A DNA stretch of 64,000 nucleotides from an uncultured SAR86 cluster bacterium (GTDB lineage Bacteria > Pseudomonadota > Gammaproteobacteria > Magnimaribacterales > AG-339-G14), in NCBI GenBank assembly GCA_902529935.1, contig CABZYK010000004.1, forward strand, positions 66,674 through 130,673, read 5' to 3'. Of this stretch, positions 16,929 through 26,437 are shown piece by piece. Under the pieces are notes generated by a model that worked only from the letters and a program-made list of their open reading frames with translations, was not told the DNA's origin and made no database searches. A program made the position numbers and the translations under genes. Every line of letters begins with the position of its first letter. Within the stretch, counting starts at the first letter, position 1.

Positions 16929-18449
16929 ATGTCTAATCATTCAGCTTATAGAGCATTTGTAGACAGGCTTTCGAAGACTAAAGACTCTGTAAGAGAAAAA
17001 TCTACAAAGAAGAGAAAAAATTTAGGCCTTCGAACTGCTAGAGAGAATCTTGATGATCTTGTGGATCCCGGGAGCTTTCTAGAATTTGGAGCTTTTGCAG
17101 TTGCTGCGCAAAGAAATAGAAGAGATTATGAAGAGTTACAACTTGAGACGTCTGCCGATGGCATACTGACAGGATTTTGTAATATCAATGAGGATGAGGT
17201 GGGAGAAGATAATTCTCATGCAGCAGCAATAATTTATGACTATTCTGTCTTAGCAGGCTCCCAAGGTTTTTTTCATCATCAAAAGCTAGATAGGATTTGT
17301 GAAAAAGCTGAAGAATTCTCTTTGCCTGTCGTAATTTTTACAGAAGGTGGAGGAGGAAGACCTGGAGATACAGATGTAACTACACAGATAGCTGGTCTTC
17401 ATATTCCTTCATTTTCAACTTGGGCAAGACTAACTGGAAAATGTTTAAAAATCGCAGTCAACAATGGTTATTGCTTTGCAGGAAATGCTGTCCTTTTTGG
17501 ATGTTCAGACTTTATGATTGCAACAAAACAATCCTGGATTGGTATGGCAGGACCAGCAATGATTGAAGGAGGAGGACTGGGAGTATATGATCCCAAAGAA
17601 ATAGGTCCCGCTGAAGAACAATACAAAAATGGAGTGCTTGATTATTTAGCTGAAGATGAAAAAGAAGCAACTTTTATTGCAAAAAAACTTCTTTCTTATT
17701 TTCAAGGTAATTTATCTGATTGGTCTATTGATGACCAAACCAAACTAAGAGACATAATTCCTGAAGATCGACGATGGGCATATCCTGTTAGAGATGTAAT
17801 AGAAATTCTTTCAGATAGAGAATCTTTTTTGGAGCTCAGAAAAGTCTACGGAAGAAGTGTTATTACTGGGTTTGTAAGAATTGAAGGCAAACCATTTGGC
17901 CTTGTAGCCAGTGATTGCCAGCAACTTGGAGGAGCTGTAGATTCTGAGGCAGCTGAAAAAGCAGCTGCATTCATTGAAATATGCAATGCACATAATTTAC
18001 CAATTTTATCTTTGGTTGATACCCCAGGTTTTATGGTAGGGCCTGATAGTGAGCTTGAAGGCTCTGTAAGAAGAATGGCAACGCTACTAGTATCCGGAGC
18101 AAAAATTACTGCTCCACATATAGCAATTTTTTTGAGAAAAGGTTACGGGTTAGGAGCACAGGCAATGGTTGGGGGCAGCTTTCACGACCCAATTTATACT
18201 GCTTCTTGGCCCACAGGAGAATTTGGCGGAATGGGGCTAGAAGGAGCTGTAAAGCTAGGATTTAGAAAAGAACTCGAAGCTGAAACTGATCCAAAGAAAA
18301 AAGAGGATCTCTATAATAAATTAGTTGAGAGATCTTACGAGAAAGGTAAGGCTATAGAAGCTGCTGCACATTTAGAAATTGATGCTGTAATAGATCCTGC
18401 TGATACTAGGAAGGTGATATTGAAGGCGTTAAAGAATAAATTTATTTAA
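16929..18449 (+). CDS. acyl-CoA carboxylase carboxyltransferase (beta-subunit type) protein; no biotin partner nearby
   Basis: 506 aa with the two-lobed carboxyl-transferase pattern (FTEGGGGRPGD, GMAGPAMIEGGGLG, VDTPGFMVGP, KGYGLGAQAM). Confidence 0.85.
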   Translation: MSNHSAYRAFVDRLSKTKDSVREKSTKKRKNLGLRTARENLDDLVDPGSFLEFGAFAVAAQRNRRDYEELQLETSADGILTGFCNINEDEVGEDNSHAAAIIYDYSVLAGSQGFFHHQKLDRICEKAEEFSLPVVIFTEGGGGRPGDTDVTTQIAGLHIPSFSTWARLTGKCLKIAVNNGYCFAGNAVLFGCSDFMIATKQSWIGMAGPAMIEGGGLGVYDPKEIGPAEEQYKNGVLDYLAEDEKEATFIAKKLLSYFQGNLSDWSIDDQTKLRDIIPEDRRWAYPVRDVIEILSDRESFLELRKVYGRSVITGFVRIEGKPFGLVASDCQQLGGAVDSEAAEKAAAFIEICNAHNLPILSLVDTPGFMVGPDSELEGSVRRMATLLVSGAKITAPHIAIFLRKGYGLGAQAMVGGSFHDPIYTASWPTGEFGGMGLEGAVKLGFRKELEAETDPKKKEDLYNKLVERSYEKGKAIEAAAHLEIDAVIDPADTRKVILKALKNKFI

Positions 18450-18774
18450 CCTTATCTTCGGTGTGCCTTTCACCATTGAACACAGCGGCAAATTCTAGAA
18501 GTTCATCCGATTCATTAAAAACTCTATGGAATGCTCCATCCGGAACTGGGATTACATCCCCTTCATTAACTTCAAATTTGTGGTCATTAATTTGCATGAT
18601 TCCAGTACCAGAAGTGAAAACATATACTTCCTCCTGGCCATCATGACTATGGCCACTGGTGGCTTTATGAGGATTTAATTTGGTAATGCTTGGAACAAGT
18701 CGATTTAATTCCTTATTATCTAAAACGACGTATCTGTCATCTTCTTTTACTACATACCAATTACTTTTATTCAT
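18442..18774 (-). CDS. cupin domain protein
   Basis: 110 aa with both cupin motifs: GHSHDGQEEVYVFTSGTG and GDVIPVPDGAFHRVFN. Confidence 0.75.
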   Translation of the reverse strand: MNKSNWYVVKEDDRYVVLDNKELNRLVPSITKLNPHKATSGHSHDGQEEVYVFTSGTGIMQINDHKFEVNEGDVIPVPDGAFHRVFNESDELLEFAAVFNGERHTEDKVK

Positions 18775-18822
18775 AAACTCATTATACTAAATTTACAGAA
18801 GATAACAGAGAACCAAAATTGA

Positions 18823-20049
18823 ATGTCTGATAATTTATTATTAAAAGGTTTAAAAGTCATTGATGCTGGAAGTTTTATTGCTGGACCAGTTTCTACGACC
18901 ATTCTTTCTGATTTTGGGGCTGAGGTAATTAAAATTGAGCCACCCAAAATAGGAGACAGCCTTAGGCACCTAATAGAGAGAACAAAAAGAGTAAATCCGA
19001 GTGCCGAAGAAGATTATTGTTGGCAACTTACTTCCAGAAATAAGAAAAGCTTAGCCTTAGATTTAGGCTCAGAAAAGGGCCAAGAAATTCTCCACAAACT
19101 CATCAAAGAAGCAGATGTGTTTGTGACTAATATGCCTCAAAGAATCAGACAAAAATTAAAAATCAATTCCTCTGATTTGCTGCCATTAAACGAAAGATTA
19201 ATATATGGATCTCTAACAGGTTACGGCGAAAAAGGTCCAGATTCACACAGGACTGCTTTTGACACAATGGCTTGGTGGGCAAGAAGCGGTTTGATGGATA
19301 TAGTTAGACCTTCGGAGAATTCTGCTCCTGCAAATCCTCCCATTGGGATGGGTGATCAACCCACGGGCGTAGCTCTATTTGCTAGCATAATGACGGCACT
19401 CTACCGAAGAGAAAAGACTGGGAAAGGAGGCGAAGTGCATACTTCTTTGATGGCAAATGGAGCATGGTCAAACGGATCATTTATCCAAGCTGGGCTATTT
19501 GGAGCACAGTTTCCTGAGAGAAAAGATCCATCTCCACTTCATCCTTTTGGTGGTAGATACAAAACAAAAGATAATAGGTATTTGATTCTCGCTATTATCG
19601 ATGCAAATAAAGAATGGCCAAAATTATTAAAAGCACTTGATATTGAATATTTAAACGAAGATCCTAGATTTTCATCCTTCAAAAAAATGAATGAAAACTT
19701 TACGATTTTATATGAGGAGCTCGAAAAAATATTTATACAATATTCATTAAAAGAAATTACAGAAAAATTAAGGTTCTCAGAAGTTACTTTTGGCATCCTA
19801 AGTCATTCAAATGACCACTCAAAAGATCAACAATTTATCGAAAGTGAAGTTTTAATAAAATTTGATGAAGGTAGTTTTGATGAGGATTTCTTGACAGTAA
19901 ACAGTCCTATTTTTTTAGAAAATGAATCAAAAAAGATTCCTACAAAAGCTCCAAAGTTGGGAGAAAACACGAAAGAAATACTTTCATCTTTGGGTCAAGA
20001 TGAAGAAGAGATAGCTCAGCTTAAACAAGATGGTATCATTGACTTTTAG
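18823..20049 (+). CDS. family III CoA-transferase (CaiB/BaiF type), second copy in the window
   Basis: 408 aa. Contains LKGLKVIDAGSFIAGPVSTTILSDFGAEVIKIEPP and TGYGEKGP. Confidence 0.9.
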   Translation: MSDNLLLKGLKVIDAGSFIAGPVSTTILSDFGAEVIKIEPPKIGDSLRHLIERTKRVNPSAEEDYCWQLTSRNKKSLALDLGSEKGQEILHKLIKEADVFVTNMPQRIRQKLKINSSDLLPLNERLIYGSLTGYGEKGPDSHRTAFDTMAWWARSGLMDIVRPSENSAPANPPIGMGDQPTGVALFASIMTALYRREKTGKGGEVHTSLMANGAWSNGSFIQAGLFGAQFPERKDPSPLHPFGGRYKTKDNRYLILAIIDANKEWPKLLKALDIEYLNEDPRFSSFKKMNENFTILYEELEKIFIQYSLKEITEKLRFSEVTFGILSHSNDHSKDQQFIESEVLIKFDEGSFDEDFLTVNSPIFLENESKKIPTKAPKLGENTKEILSSLGQDEEEIAQLKQDGIIDF

Positions 20050-20069
20050 TTCTTTGATTTTAAAAAAAA

Positions 20070-20594
20070 ATGCGCTTTACTCTCTTTTTTCTGCCCTTAA
20101 TTAGCATTTCCATTTATTCTATGGATATTAAAATTTCTAAAAATATCTGGGAGTTTACACCTGATGGTGTGATGGGAGGCAAATCCAAAGGTTCAATACA
20201 ATTTCTAAATACTGAAGGATTTGACTACATTTCATTCAGAGGAAATGTCAATACAGATGGAGGTGGATTTCTTATGTTCAGATCTAAAATAGATAAAAAG
20301 GATTTAGAAGAATTTTCAAAGATAAGTTTTTTGGCTAGAGGAAATGATGAAAAATACTATTTTCACATAAAGTCGAGGGGGCAAGTTTTACCATGGGTAA
20401 GACATCTTAAAGAATTTAAAGTTGGAAAAGATTGGAAGGAATACGTTCTAAACATTGAAGACTTTGTTGGGTACAGTAATAGTAGGACTTTCAATAAATC
20501 CATAAATCCAAAAAAAATAAAACTTCTTGGAATTGAAGCCTATGGGAGAGATCACGAGGTAGAGCTAGATATAGCAAAAATAAAAATTTTCTAA
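20070..20594 (+). CDS. secreted CIA30-like (complex I intermediate-associated protein 30 fold) protein
   Basis: 174 aa. A signal-like N-terminus is followed by W.F.PDGVMGGKSKGS...FRGNVNTDGGGFLMFRS, which is typical of CIA30 domains. Confidence 0.65.
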   Translation: MRFTLFFLPLISISIYSMDIKISKNIWEFTPDGVMGGKSKGSIQFLNTEGFDYISFRGNVNTDGGGFLMFRSKIDKKDLEEFSKISFLARGNDEKYYFHIKSRGQVLPWVRHLKEFKVGKDWKEYVLNIEDFVGYSNSRTFNKSINPKKIKLLGIEAYGRDHEVELDIAKIKIF

Positions 20595-20596
20595 TT

Positions 20597-21694
20597 ATGA
20601 TTACAAAAGCCGACGATTTTCCAATCCATCAGATTTCAAAACCAGTTGCTGAAACAGGAACCGAAAGAAATTTTTATGATAGATATTTTTTTAATGGATA
20701 TTCAAAAGATGAGGACATTTACTTTGGTGCTGTTTTGTGTGTATATCCAAATCTCAACATTATGGATGGCTCATTTACTCTTGCATATGAAGGTAAACAA
20801 TATAATTCGAGGGTATCTAGGTATCTGAACTTAGAACGTCTTGACACCAAGGTAGGTCCTCTAAGCGTGGAGGTAATAGAGCCACTTAATAAACTCAAAG
20901 TCACACTCGCTGACGCAGAAAACGACCTAGACGTTTCCATAGAATTTTTAAGTAGATTTGCTCCTATGAGAGAGCCCCAAATGCAACTTTTCAATGGACC
21001 AAGAATGATTATGGATACATGCAGAATGACGCAGCAAGGATCATGGTCTGGAAAAATTGTTCATAATAAGAAAGAGATTAGTCTTGATAATGATTCTTTT
21101 ATAGGAACAAGGGATAGATCTTGGGGAGTTAGGCCCGTTGGAGCTTACGATAGTCAACCAATGGTTCCTTTTTCAATGCCACAGTTTTATTGGTTATGGG
21201 CTCCAATTCACTTTGATGATTCAGCAGCACATATTTATTTTGTCGAGGACGAGAAGGGTAATGCCAGCTCAACAATTGCTATTGCACAAGGTCCTGAGTA
21301 CGAAGATGAATTCATAATTCAAGACATTAAAAAATCTGTTTCTTATCATCCTGGTACCAGAAGAGTAAAAAAAATGGAGATATCTGGAACAGATGATCAA
21401 GCTAAACCCATAATAATTTCAATTGATTGTGGTATGCAGGTTTTTATGTGTGGCTTAGGTTATATGCACCCTGAGTGGGGTCATGGACATGATAAAGGAG
21501 AATTAGCCTCTTATTTTGATGATTATGATTTAAATGATGACCCTGGAGATCCGCCCTTTCTGCATGTGCAATCTGTTTCAAATGTGACGATGAAGATAGG
21601 AGATAAAAGCAAGACAGGTCGAGGTGTTCTAGAGCAACTCATATTGGGTCCCCACGAACCGAGTGGCTTTAAAGATCTCTTTGATAAACCCTAA
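20597..21694 (+). CDS. conserved hypothetical protein (function unknown). The RDRSWG motif hints at the AttH/CrtC-like beta-barrel superfamily
   Basis: 365 aa in a clean frame, 2 nt after the CIA30-like stop and overlapping the next gene by 1 nt. I cannot assign a family with confidence. Confidence 0.6.
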   Translation: MITKADDFPIHQISKPVAETGTERNFYDRYFFNGYSKDEDIYFGAVLCVYPNLNIMDGSFTLAYEGKQYNSRVSRYLNLERLDTKVGPLSVEVIEPLNKLKVTLADAENDLDVSIEFLSRFAPMREPQMQLFNGPRMIMDTCRMTQQGSWSGKIVHNKKEISLDNDSFIGTRDRSWGVRPVGAYDSQPMVPFSMPQFYWLWAPIHFDDSAAHIYFVEDEKGNASSTIAIAQGPEYEDEFIIQDIKKSVSYHPGTRRVKKMEISGTDDQAKPIIISIDCGMQVFMCGLGYMHPEWGHGHDKGELASYFDDYDLNDDPGDPPFLHVQSVSNVTMKIGDKSKTGRGVLEQLILGPHEPSGFKDLFDKP

Positions 21695-22746
21695 TGCCAG
21701 TCTCAACTGAGAAGGATTTTCAATCTAAGATTGAAAAACTCGAAAATTGGCTTGCCTCTAAAGAAGGCTCCCTTAAATTAACTCCTCATGAGTCCTCTTT
21801 GGCTTCAGGTTTTTCCAATGAAACTTTTGTTTTTGATTTAGAGAAGGAGAATTCAGTGGAGACCCTGGTTTTAAGACTCGAACCAACGGAATATCAAGTT
21901 TTTCCAAATTACGACTTGCCCATGCAAGCATCAATAATGAAGGTTTTGAGAGGAAAGAATATGCTCACTCCTGAAGTTATTTATGAAAATTATGACGATA
22001 ATATTTTAGGTTCTGGTTTTTATATTATGAAAAGCATCAATGGCTCTGCTCCTAGTGATAATCCTCCGTATCATATGGATATGGAAGGAATGATGGGAAG
22101 GGCTACTCCAACTGAAAGACATAAGGTGTGGTTGGAATGGCTTGATCATTTATCGCATTTCCATAAATTAGAATTTTCGAGTGATGAATTGAGGGATTGC
22201 AAAATTAACACAGAGGAAGATCCTTTGGGAATGCATTTAGACTATTATCAAAGTTTTTTGAATTGGGGCATGGAAGGCGAACCTCATGAAATTTGTTCAA
22301 ATGCTCTAGATTGGCTTCTTAAAAATAAACCGCCTCTTCAAAAACAAACTTTGTGTTGGGGCGATGCTAGACCTGGAAATGTTCTTTATGAAAATTTTTC
22401 AGCAAAAGCCTTACTTGACTGGGAAATGGCTAATTTTGGTGATCCTTTAATGGATTTAGCATGGGGATTTGCAATAGATGATGCAAATAGCCTGGCGTTG
22501 AATATTCCAAAATTAGAAGGAACTATGGATGAAGATGAGGGCAGGACAATCTGGGAAAATAAAACAGGGTTATCATCCGAATTTTTTGCTTACTATCGGA
22601 TATTAGCTTTATTTAAGTTTTCAGTAATTATGGTAAGAGTTGCAAAACGACTAATATTTAATGAGATAATGCCATTAGATTCTGATTTTCATGTAAACAA
22701 TCACGTTGCGGCTTTTTTAGATAAGGAATTAAATGAAAACAATTAA
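21694..22746 (+). CDS. APH-type phosphotransferase (aminoglycoside/choline-kinase-fold, ACAD10/11- and LvaA-like) family protein
   Basis: 350 aa. Has the catalytic-loop and DFG-like region LCWGDARPGNVLY...LLDWEMANFGDPLMDLA. Confidence 0.8.
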   Translation: MPVSTEKDFQSKIEKLENWLASKEGSLKLTPHESSLASGFSNETFVFDLEKENSVETLVLRLEPTEYQVFPNYDLPMQASIMKVLRGKNMLTPEVIYENYDDNILGSGFYIMKSINGSAPSDNPPYHMDMEGMMGRATPTERHKVWLEWLDHLSHFHKLEFSSDELRDCKINTEEDPLGMHLDYYQSFLNWGMEGEPHEICSNALDWLLKNKPPLQKQTLCWGDARPGNVLYENFSAKALLDWEMANFGDPLMDLAWGFAIDDANSLALNIPKLEGTMDEDEGRTIWENKTGLSSEFFAYYRILALFKFSVIMVRVAKRLIFNEIMPLDSDFHVNNHVAAFLDKELNENN

Positions 22747-23119
22747 AGAAAAAGAGATTTTTCCAGTCAATGCACAAGCGATATGGGATATTATTTCTGA
22801 TCCAACAAATTCAAGTTGGGTGCCTACCGTTCAAGAGATTTCTTTAGACGGGGACGTCAGATCCTTCTCTATGGAGGGCATGGGAGAGCTAAAAGAAAAA
22901 ATTTTAAAAATTGATCATGATAATAAAATTTTTCAGTACTCTGCTATTCAAACTCCTGCTCCAATCGAGCATCATTTAGCAACCATACAGATAAGTCCTT
23001 TAGACATTGATAATTGTGAATTCTCTTGGACAACAGAAATTGAACCTGAGATCTTCGCCGAAGGAATTCATCAAGGGATGCTTATTTCTCTCAAAGAGCT
23101 TAAAAAAATATTTCCTTGA
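22733..23119 (+). CDS. SRPBCC (START/polyketide-cyclase-like) small protein
   Basis: 128 aa. Overlaps the kinase gene by 14 nt. The pattern A..IWDIISDP.N..WVP is typical of the SRPBCC fold. Confidence 0.55.
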   Translation: MKTIKEKEIFPVNAQAIWDIISDPTNSSWVPTVQEISLDGDVRSFSMEGMGELKEKILKIDHDNKIFQYSAIQTPAPIEHHLATIQISPLDIDNCEFSWTTEIEPEIFAEGIHQGMLISLKELKKIFP

Positions 23120-23583
23120 TGGCAGGCTTTTCGGATGCATTTTTTATGCAAAAAGCCCTTGAACAAGCTAATTTAGCTTATGAAAAAGATGAAGTGCCAG
23201 TTGGGGCTATATTAGTTAAAAATAATGAAGTTTTATCTGCAGCGCATAATTTATCAATCACAAAAAACGATCCTTCCGCTCACGCAGAAATTTTATGTTT
23301 GAAAGAGGCAGGAAAGGTTCTTAATAATTACCGCCTTTTAGGAACAACATTGTATGTGACTCTTGAGCCTTGCATGATGTGTGCCGGCGCAATTATCCAT
23401 GCAAGAATTAGTAGGTTGGTGTACGCAACCTCAGATGAAAAAACAGGATTCATAAATTCAAGGAATAATTTAGATGAAAATGAATGGTTGAACCATAAGT
23501 TAGATATCAGTTCTGGGATACTTGATAGAGAGTCTTCAAAGCTAATTAAAAGCTTTTTTAAAGATAAAAGATCTAAATATTAA
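23116..23583 (+). CDS. tadA: tRNA-specific adenosine deaminase
   Basis: 155 aa. Zinc motifs HAEILCL and PCMMCAGA are present, and the length is typical of TadA. Confidence 0.9.
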   Translation: MMAGFSDAFFMQKALEQANLAYEKDEVPVGAILVKNNEVLSAAHNLSITKNDPSAHAEILCLKEAGKVLNNYRLLGTTLYVTLEPCMMCAGAIIHARISRLVYATSDEKTGFINSRNNLDENEWLNHKLDISSGILDRESSKLIKSFFKDKRSKY

Positions 23584-24385
23584 ACTTTGTCCAAACTGGT
23601 GCGTGATCTGAAGGTTTTTCCATTCCTCTAATTTCATAATCGATTTCAGAAGAACTGATTAAATCTTTTAAGCTTTTAGTTACCCATAAGTGATCAATTC
23701 TTAGCCCTCTTTTTGGATTGTCATCGAAACCCCTGCTTCTGTAATCAAACCAACTAAAAGTGTTATTTTCCTCAGGATAGAGGCATCTGTAGGAGTCATA
23801 TAAGCCAAAATCTTTCAAATTTTCTAGCCATTCTCTTTCTTCAGGAAGAAAACTACACTTTCCAGTCTGCAGCCATCTTTTTCTATTATTTTCTCCAATT
23901 CCAATATCAATATCTTCAGGTGAAATATTAAGATCTCCCATTACAATTAAATGACTTTCAGGATCAAAATCTTTTTTAAGATAATTTATGAGATCTTTAT
24001 AAAATTTTTCTTTGTAGGGGAATTTAACCGGATGATCTCTGCTCTCTCCTTGAGGAAAATATCCATTAAAAACAAATAGAGGACCTTTTTTTGTCTTATA
24101 TTCCAGCCATACAAGTCTGCATTGCGCATCCTCAGGATCTGTTGGCATTCCAATGCCATGATTTATAGGTTTATTTTTGGACATCAAGCAAACCCCGTAA
24201 TGACCTTTTTGACCATTAATGATCACTTCATAGCCTAAATTTTTAATAGTCTCGAGAGGAAAATTATCATTATCAACTTTGGTTTCTTGGAGACCAATAA
24301 TATCTGGTGAGTGCTTGTCTATTAATTTTTCCAGTTGATGAATTCTGGCTCTAATTCCATTGACGTTAAAAGATACTATTTTCAA
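23573..24385 (-). CDS. xthA: exodeoxyribonuclease III
   Basis: 270 aa. Contains MKIVSFNVNGIRAR...LQETK...GDLNISP...SDHAPV, the EEP nuclease motifs. Confidence 0.95.
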   Translation of the reverse strand: MKIVSFNVNGIRARIHQLEKLIDKHSPDIIGLQETKVDNDNFPLETIKNLGYEVIINGQKGHYGVCLMSKNKPINHGIGMPTDPEDAQCRLVWLEYKTKKGPLFVFNGYFPQGESRDHPVKFPYKEKFYKDLINYLKKDFDPESHLIVMGDLNISPEDIDIGIGENNRKRWLQTGKCSFLPEEREWLENLKDFGLYDSYRCLYPEENNTFSWFDYRSRGFDDNPKRGLRIDHLWVTKSLKDLISSSEIDYEIRGMEKPSDHAPVWTKFNI

Positions 24386-24386
24386 T

Positions 24387-26435
24387 TTAGTTAGAATTTA
24401 CTGTTAATAAGTTAGTGCTTTGATCAGCATTAAACTCTATTTGATCTATTAAAATCTTTGCTGCCTCCTTAAGAACTAGATCATTAAACTTTTTATTTCT
24501 CTCTTCATCATCTGCATCTAAATATTCATCAAAATTTTTAAATGGCTGTAAGTCCAGATTTCTTCTTAACTCATTTTCTAGAGATAATAAATTACTTTCG
24601 TATTCATTTTGCTCATCAATTCTCTTAGCTAGATCAAGATCAATATACTCTCTTGAATCTCTATCCTCAGAAAGACCGTTTTTCTTATCAACATATGAAG
24701 TCAAAAAATTAGCGTTATTCCTATTTTTTGAGTTTGTATCTGTTCTTTTAATGTCTTTAACTTGCCTGAAGTCTGTCACCCTTAGAGGTTTTATGAAATC
24801 TTCTTCAAGAGAATTATCATAAGAACTTTCCCCAACTTCTTGGCTATTAAAAACAAAGGGCAATTCAATATCAGGAGTGACGCCTTTATTTTGAGTACTT
24901 TCCCCAGTAACTCGATAGAATTTTTGCTCAGTATACTTAAGTTGTCCATAAGGCAGTTCTCTCAATCTTTGCACAGTACCTTTGCCAAATGTCTGACTTC
25001 CAACAACCAAACCTCTTCCATAATCTTGAATTGCGCCCGCTAATATTTCTGATGCTGAAGCAGACATTTTATCAACCAATATTAACACTGGCCCTGAGTA
25101 GTTTTGGATACCAATAGAGTGGCCTAGAGGGTATATGGAGCCATTTGAAGTCATCACCTGAAGTACATTGCCTCTTCCTAGAAATATTTTTGCAAGGCTG
25201 TAGGCCTCATATAAAGATCCTCCTCCATTACCTCTCAGGTCTAGAATCACACCATCAGAATTTTCATTATCAATTTCCTTAATAAGTTTTTTAACATCTC
25301 TTGTTGCGCTACGATAATTAAACCTATTTTTCTGATATCCCTCAAAGTCCATATAAAATGCTGGCAAGTCGATAACTCCAAACTTATAAGATTTTTCAAT
25401 ATCACTGACCTCGATAATTTGTTTTTTAGCAGCTTGATCTTCTAATTTCACAAGATCTCTTTTTATTTCAATAACTTTCCCATCCGCCTCAGCAGGAGAA
25501 GATGACGGAAGAATTTCTAATTTTACTATCGTTCCTTTAGGCCCTCTTATAAGTTTTACTACTTCATCTACTCTCCAATCCCTTACATCAACCATTTGAC
25601 TGTCTTCTCTTGTACCAACCCCCACAATTTGATCATTATTCTTCAATAATCCTGACTTGATTGCAGGACCTCCTTTTATAAGTTTTGTGATCTTGGTAAT
25701 TCCATCATCTGAGGTAAGCATCGCACCAATGCCTTCAAGAGATAAACTCATGTTGATCTCAAAATCTTCTGTAACCCTTGGAGACATATAATTTGAATGC
25801 GGATCATACAAGGAAGTTTTTGAATTCATTATCCAAGAAAATAAATCATCTTCAGTCAGCTGCCCTAGATTTTTTAATCTTCTATTTAATCTTTTCTTAA
25901 GTTTATTGACTGATTTTTCAAATTCTTCTTCCTTAATCATTATTGAGATTAATTCACTCTTAGCCAAAGATTCATAATAATTTTTTATCATTGAAAGAGC
26001 ATTAAATCTTTCTTGATCCTTTCTATTTCTGTGAATTCTTTCCGAGCTAAATAAATCAATTTCACTAAGCTTATTGATATATTGACTTTGATGAGCGAGA
26101 AGAGCTTTATAACGTTTTTTGTAATCATTGAGAACATCAAAACCAATCTCTAATAACTCTTCATCACCGAGATCAAAATTGTTTTTAGACAAGGAAATGT
26201 AGTTATCTACCTCCTTATCGGTAAAAATCAAATTTTGTTGGTCTATATTTGAAATTAATTCCTCTATGACGTCAGAGTTTTCAAAAGTGGTATTTTTAAA
26301 AAAATGATGTTCGCCAAGGATCTTGTCAACTTCGTTTAAAGTATCTATGTAAAGGGAAGATTTTTCCTGTGCAGATACTGGCAGTATCGCAGTGAGAAAA
26401 AAGGCAGTAAAAACTAATAAACGCTCAAGAACCAT
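24387..26435 (-). CDS. prc: carboxy-terminal (tail-specific) processing protease, S41 family
   Basis: 682 aa. Signal peptide, PDZ region (GAMLTSDDGITKITKLIKGGPA) and S41 core (LDLRGNGGGSL...SASASEILAGAIQDYGRG). Confidence 0.9.
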   Translation of the reverse strand: MVLERLLVFTAFFLTAILPVSAQEKSSLYIDTLNEVDKILGEHHFFKNTTFENSDVIEELISNIDQQNLIFTDKEVDNYISLSKNNFDLGDEELLEIGFDVLNDYKKRYKALLAHQSQYINKLSEIDLFSSERIHRNRKDQERFNALSMIKNYYESLAKSELISIMIKEEEFEKSVNKLKKRLNRRLKNLGQLTEDDLFSWIMNSKTSLYDPHSNYMSPRVTEDFEINMSLSLEGIGAMLTSDDGITKITKLIKGGPAIKSGLLKNNDQIVGVGTREDSQMVDVRDWRVDEVVKLIRGPKGTIVKLEILPSSSPAEADGKVIEIKRDLVKLEDQAAKKQIIEVSDIEKSYKFGVIDLPAFYMDFEGYQKNRFNYRSATRDVKKLIKEIDNENSDGVILDLRGNGGGSLYEAYSLAKIFLGRGNVLQVMTSNGSIYPLGHSIGIQNYSGPVLILVDKMSASASEILAGAIQDYGRGLVVGSQTFGKGTVQRLRELPYGQLKYTEQKFYRVTGESTQNKGVTPDIELPFVFNSQEVGESSYDNSLEEDFIKPLRVTDFRQVKDIKRTDTNSKNRNNANFLTSYVDKKNGLSEDRDSREYIDLDLAKRIDEQNEYESNLLSLENELRRNLDLQPFKNFDEYLDADDEERNKKFNDLVLKEAAKILIDQIEFNADQSTNLLTVNSN

Positions 26436-26437
26436 AT

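Noticed and set aside
15528-18449. Amidase plus carboxyltransferase interpreted as a urea amidolyase / allophanate hydrolase system
   Set aside because: There is no biotin carboxylase or BCCP domain and no urea-carboxylase-type CT domain. The CT is of the acyl-CoA carboxylase beta type, and the neighbours are CoA-thioester enzymes.
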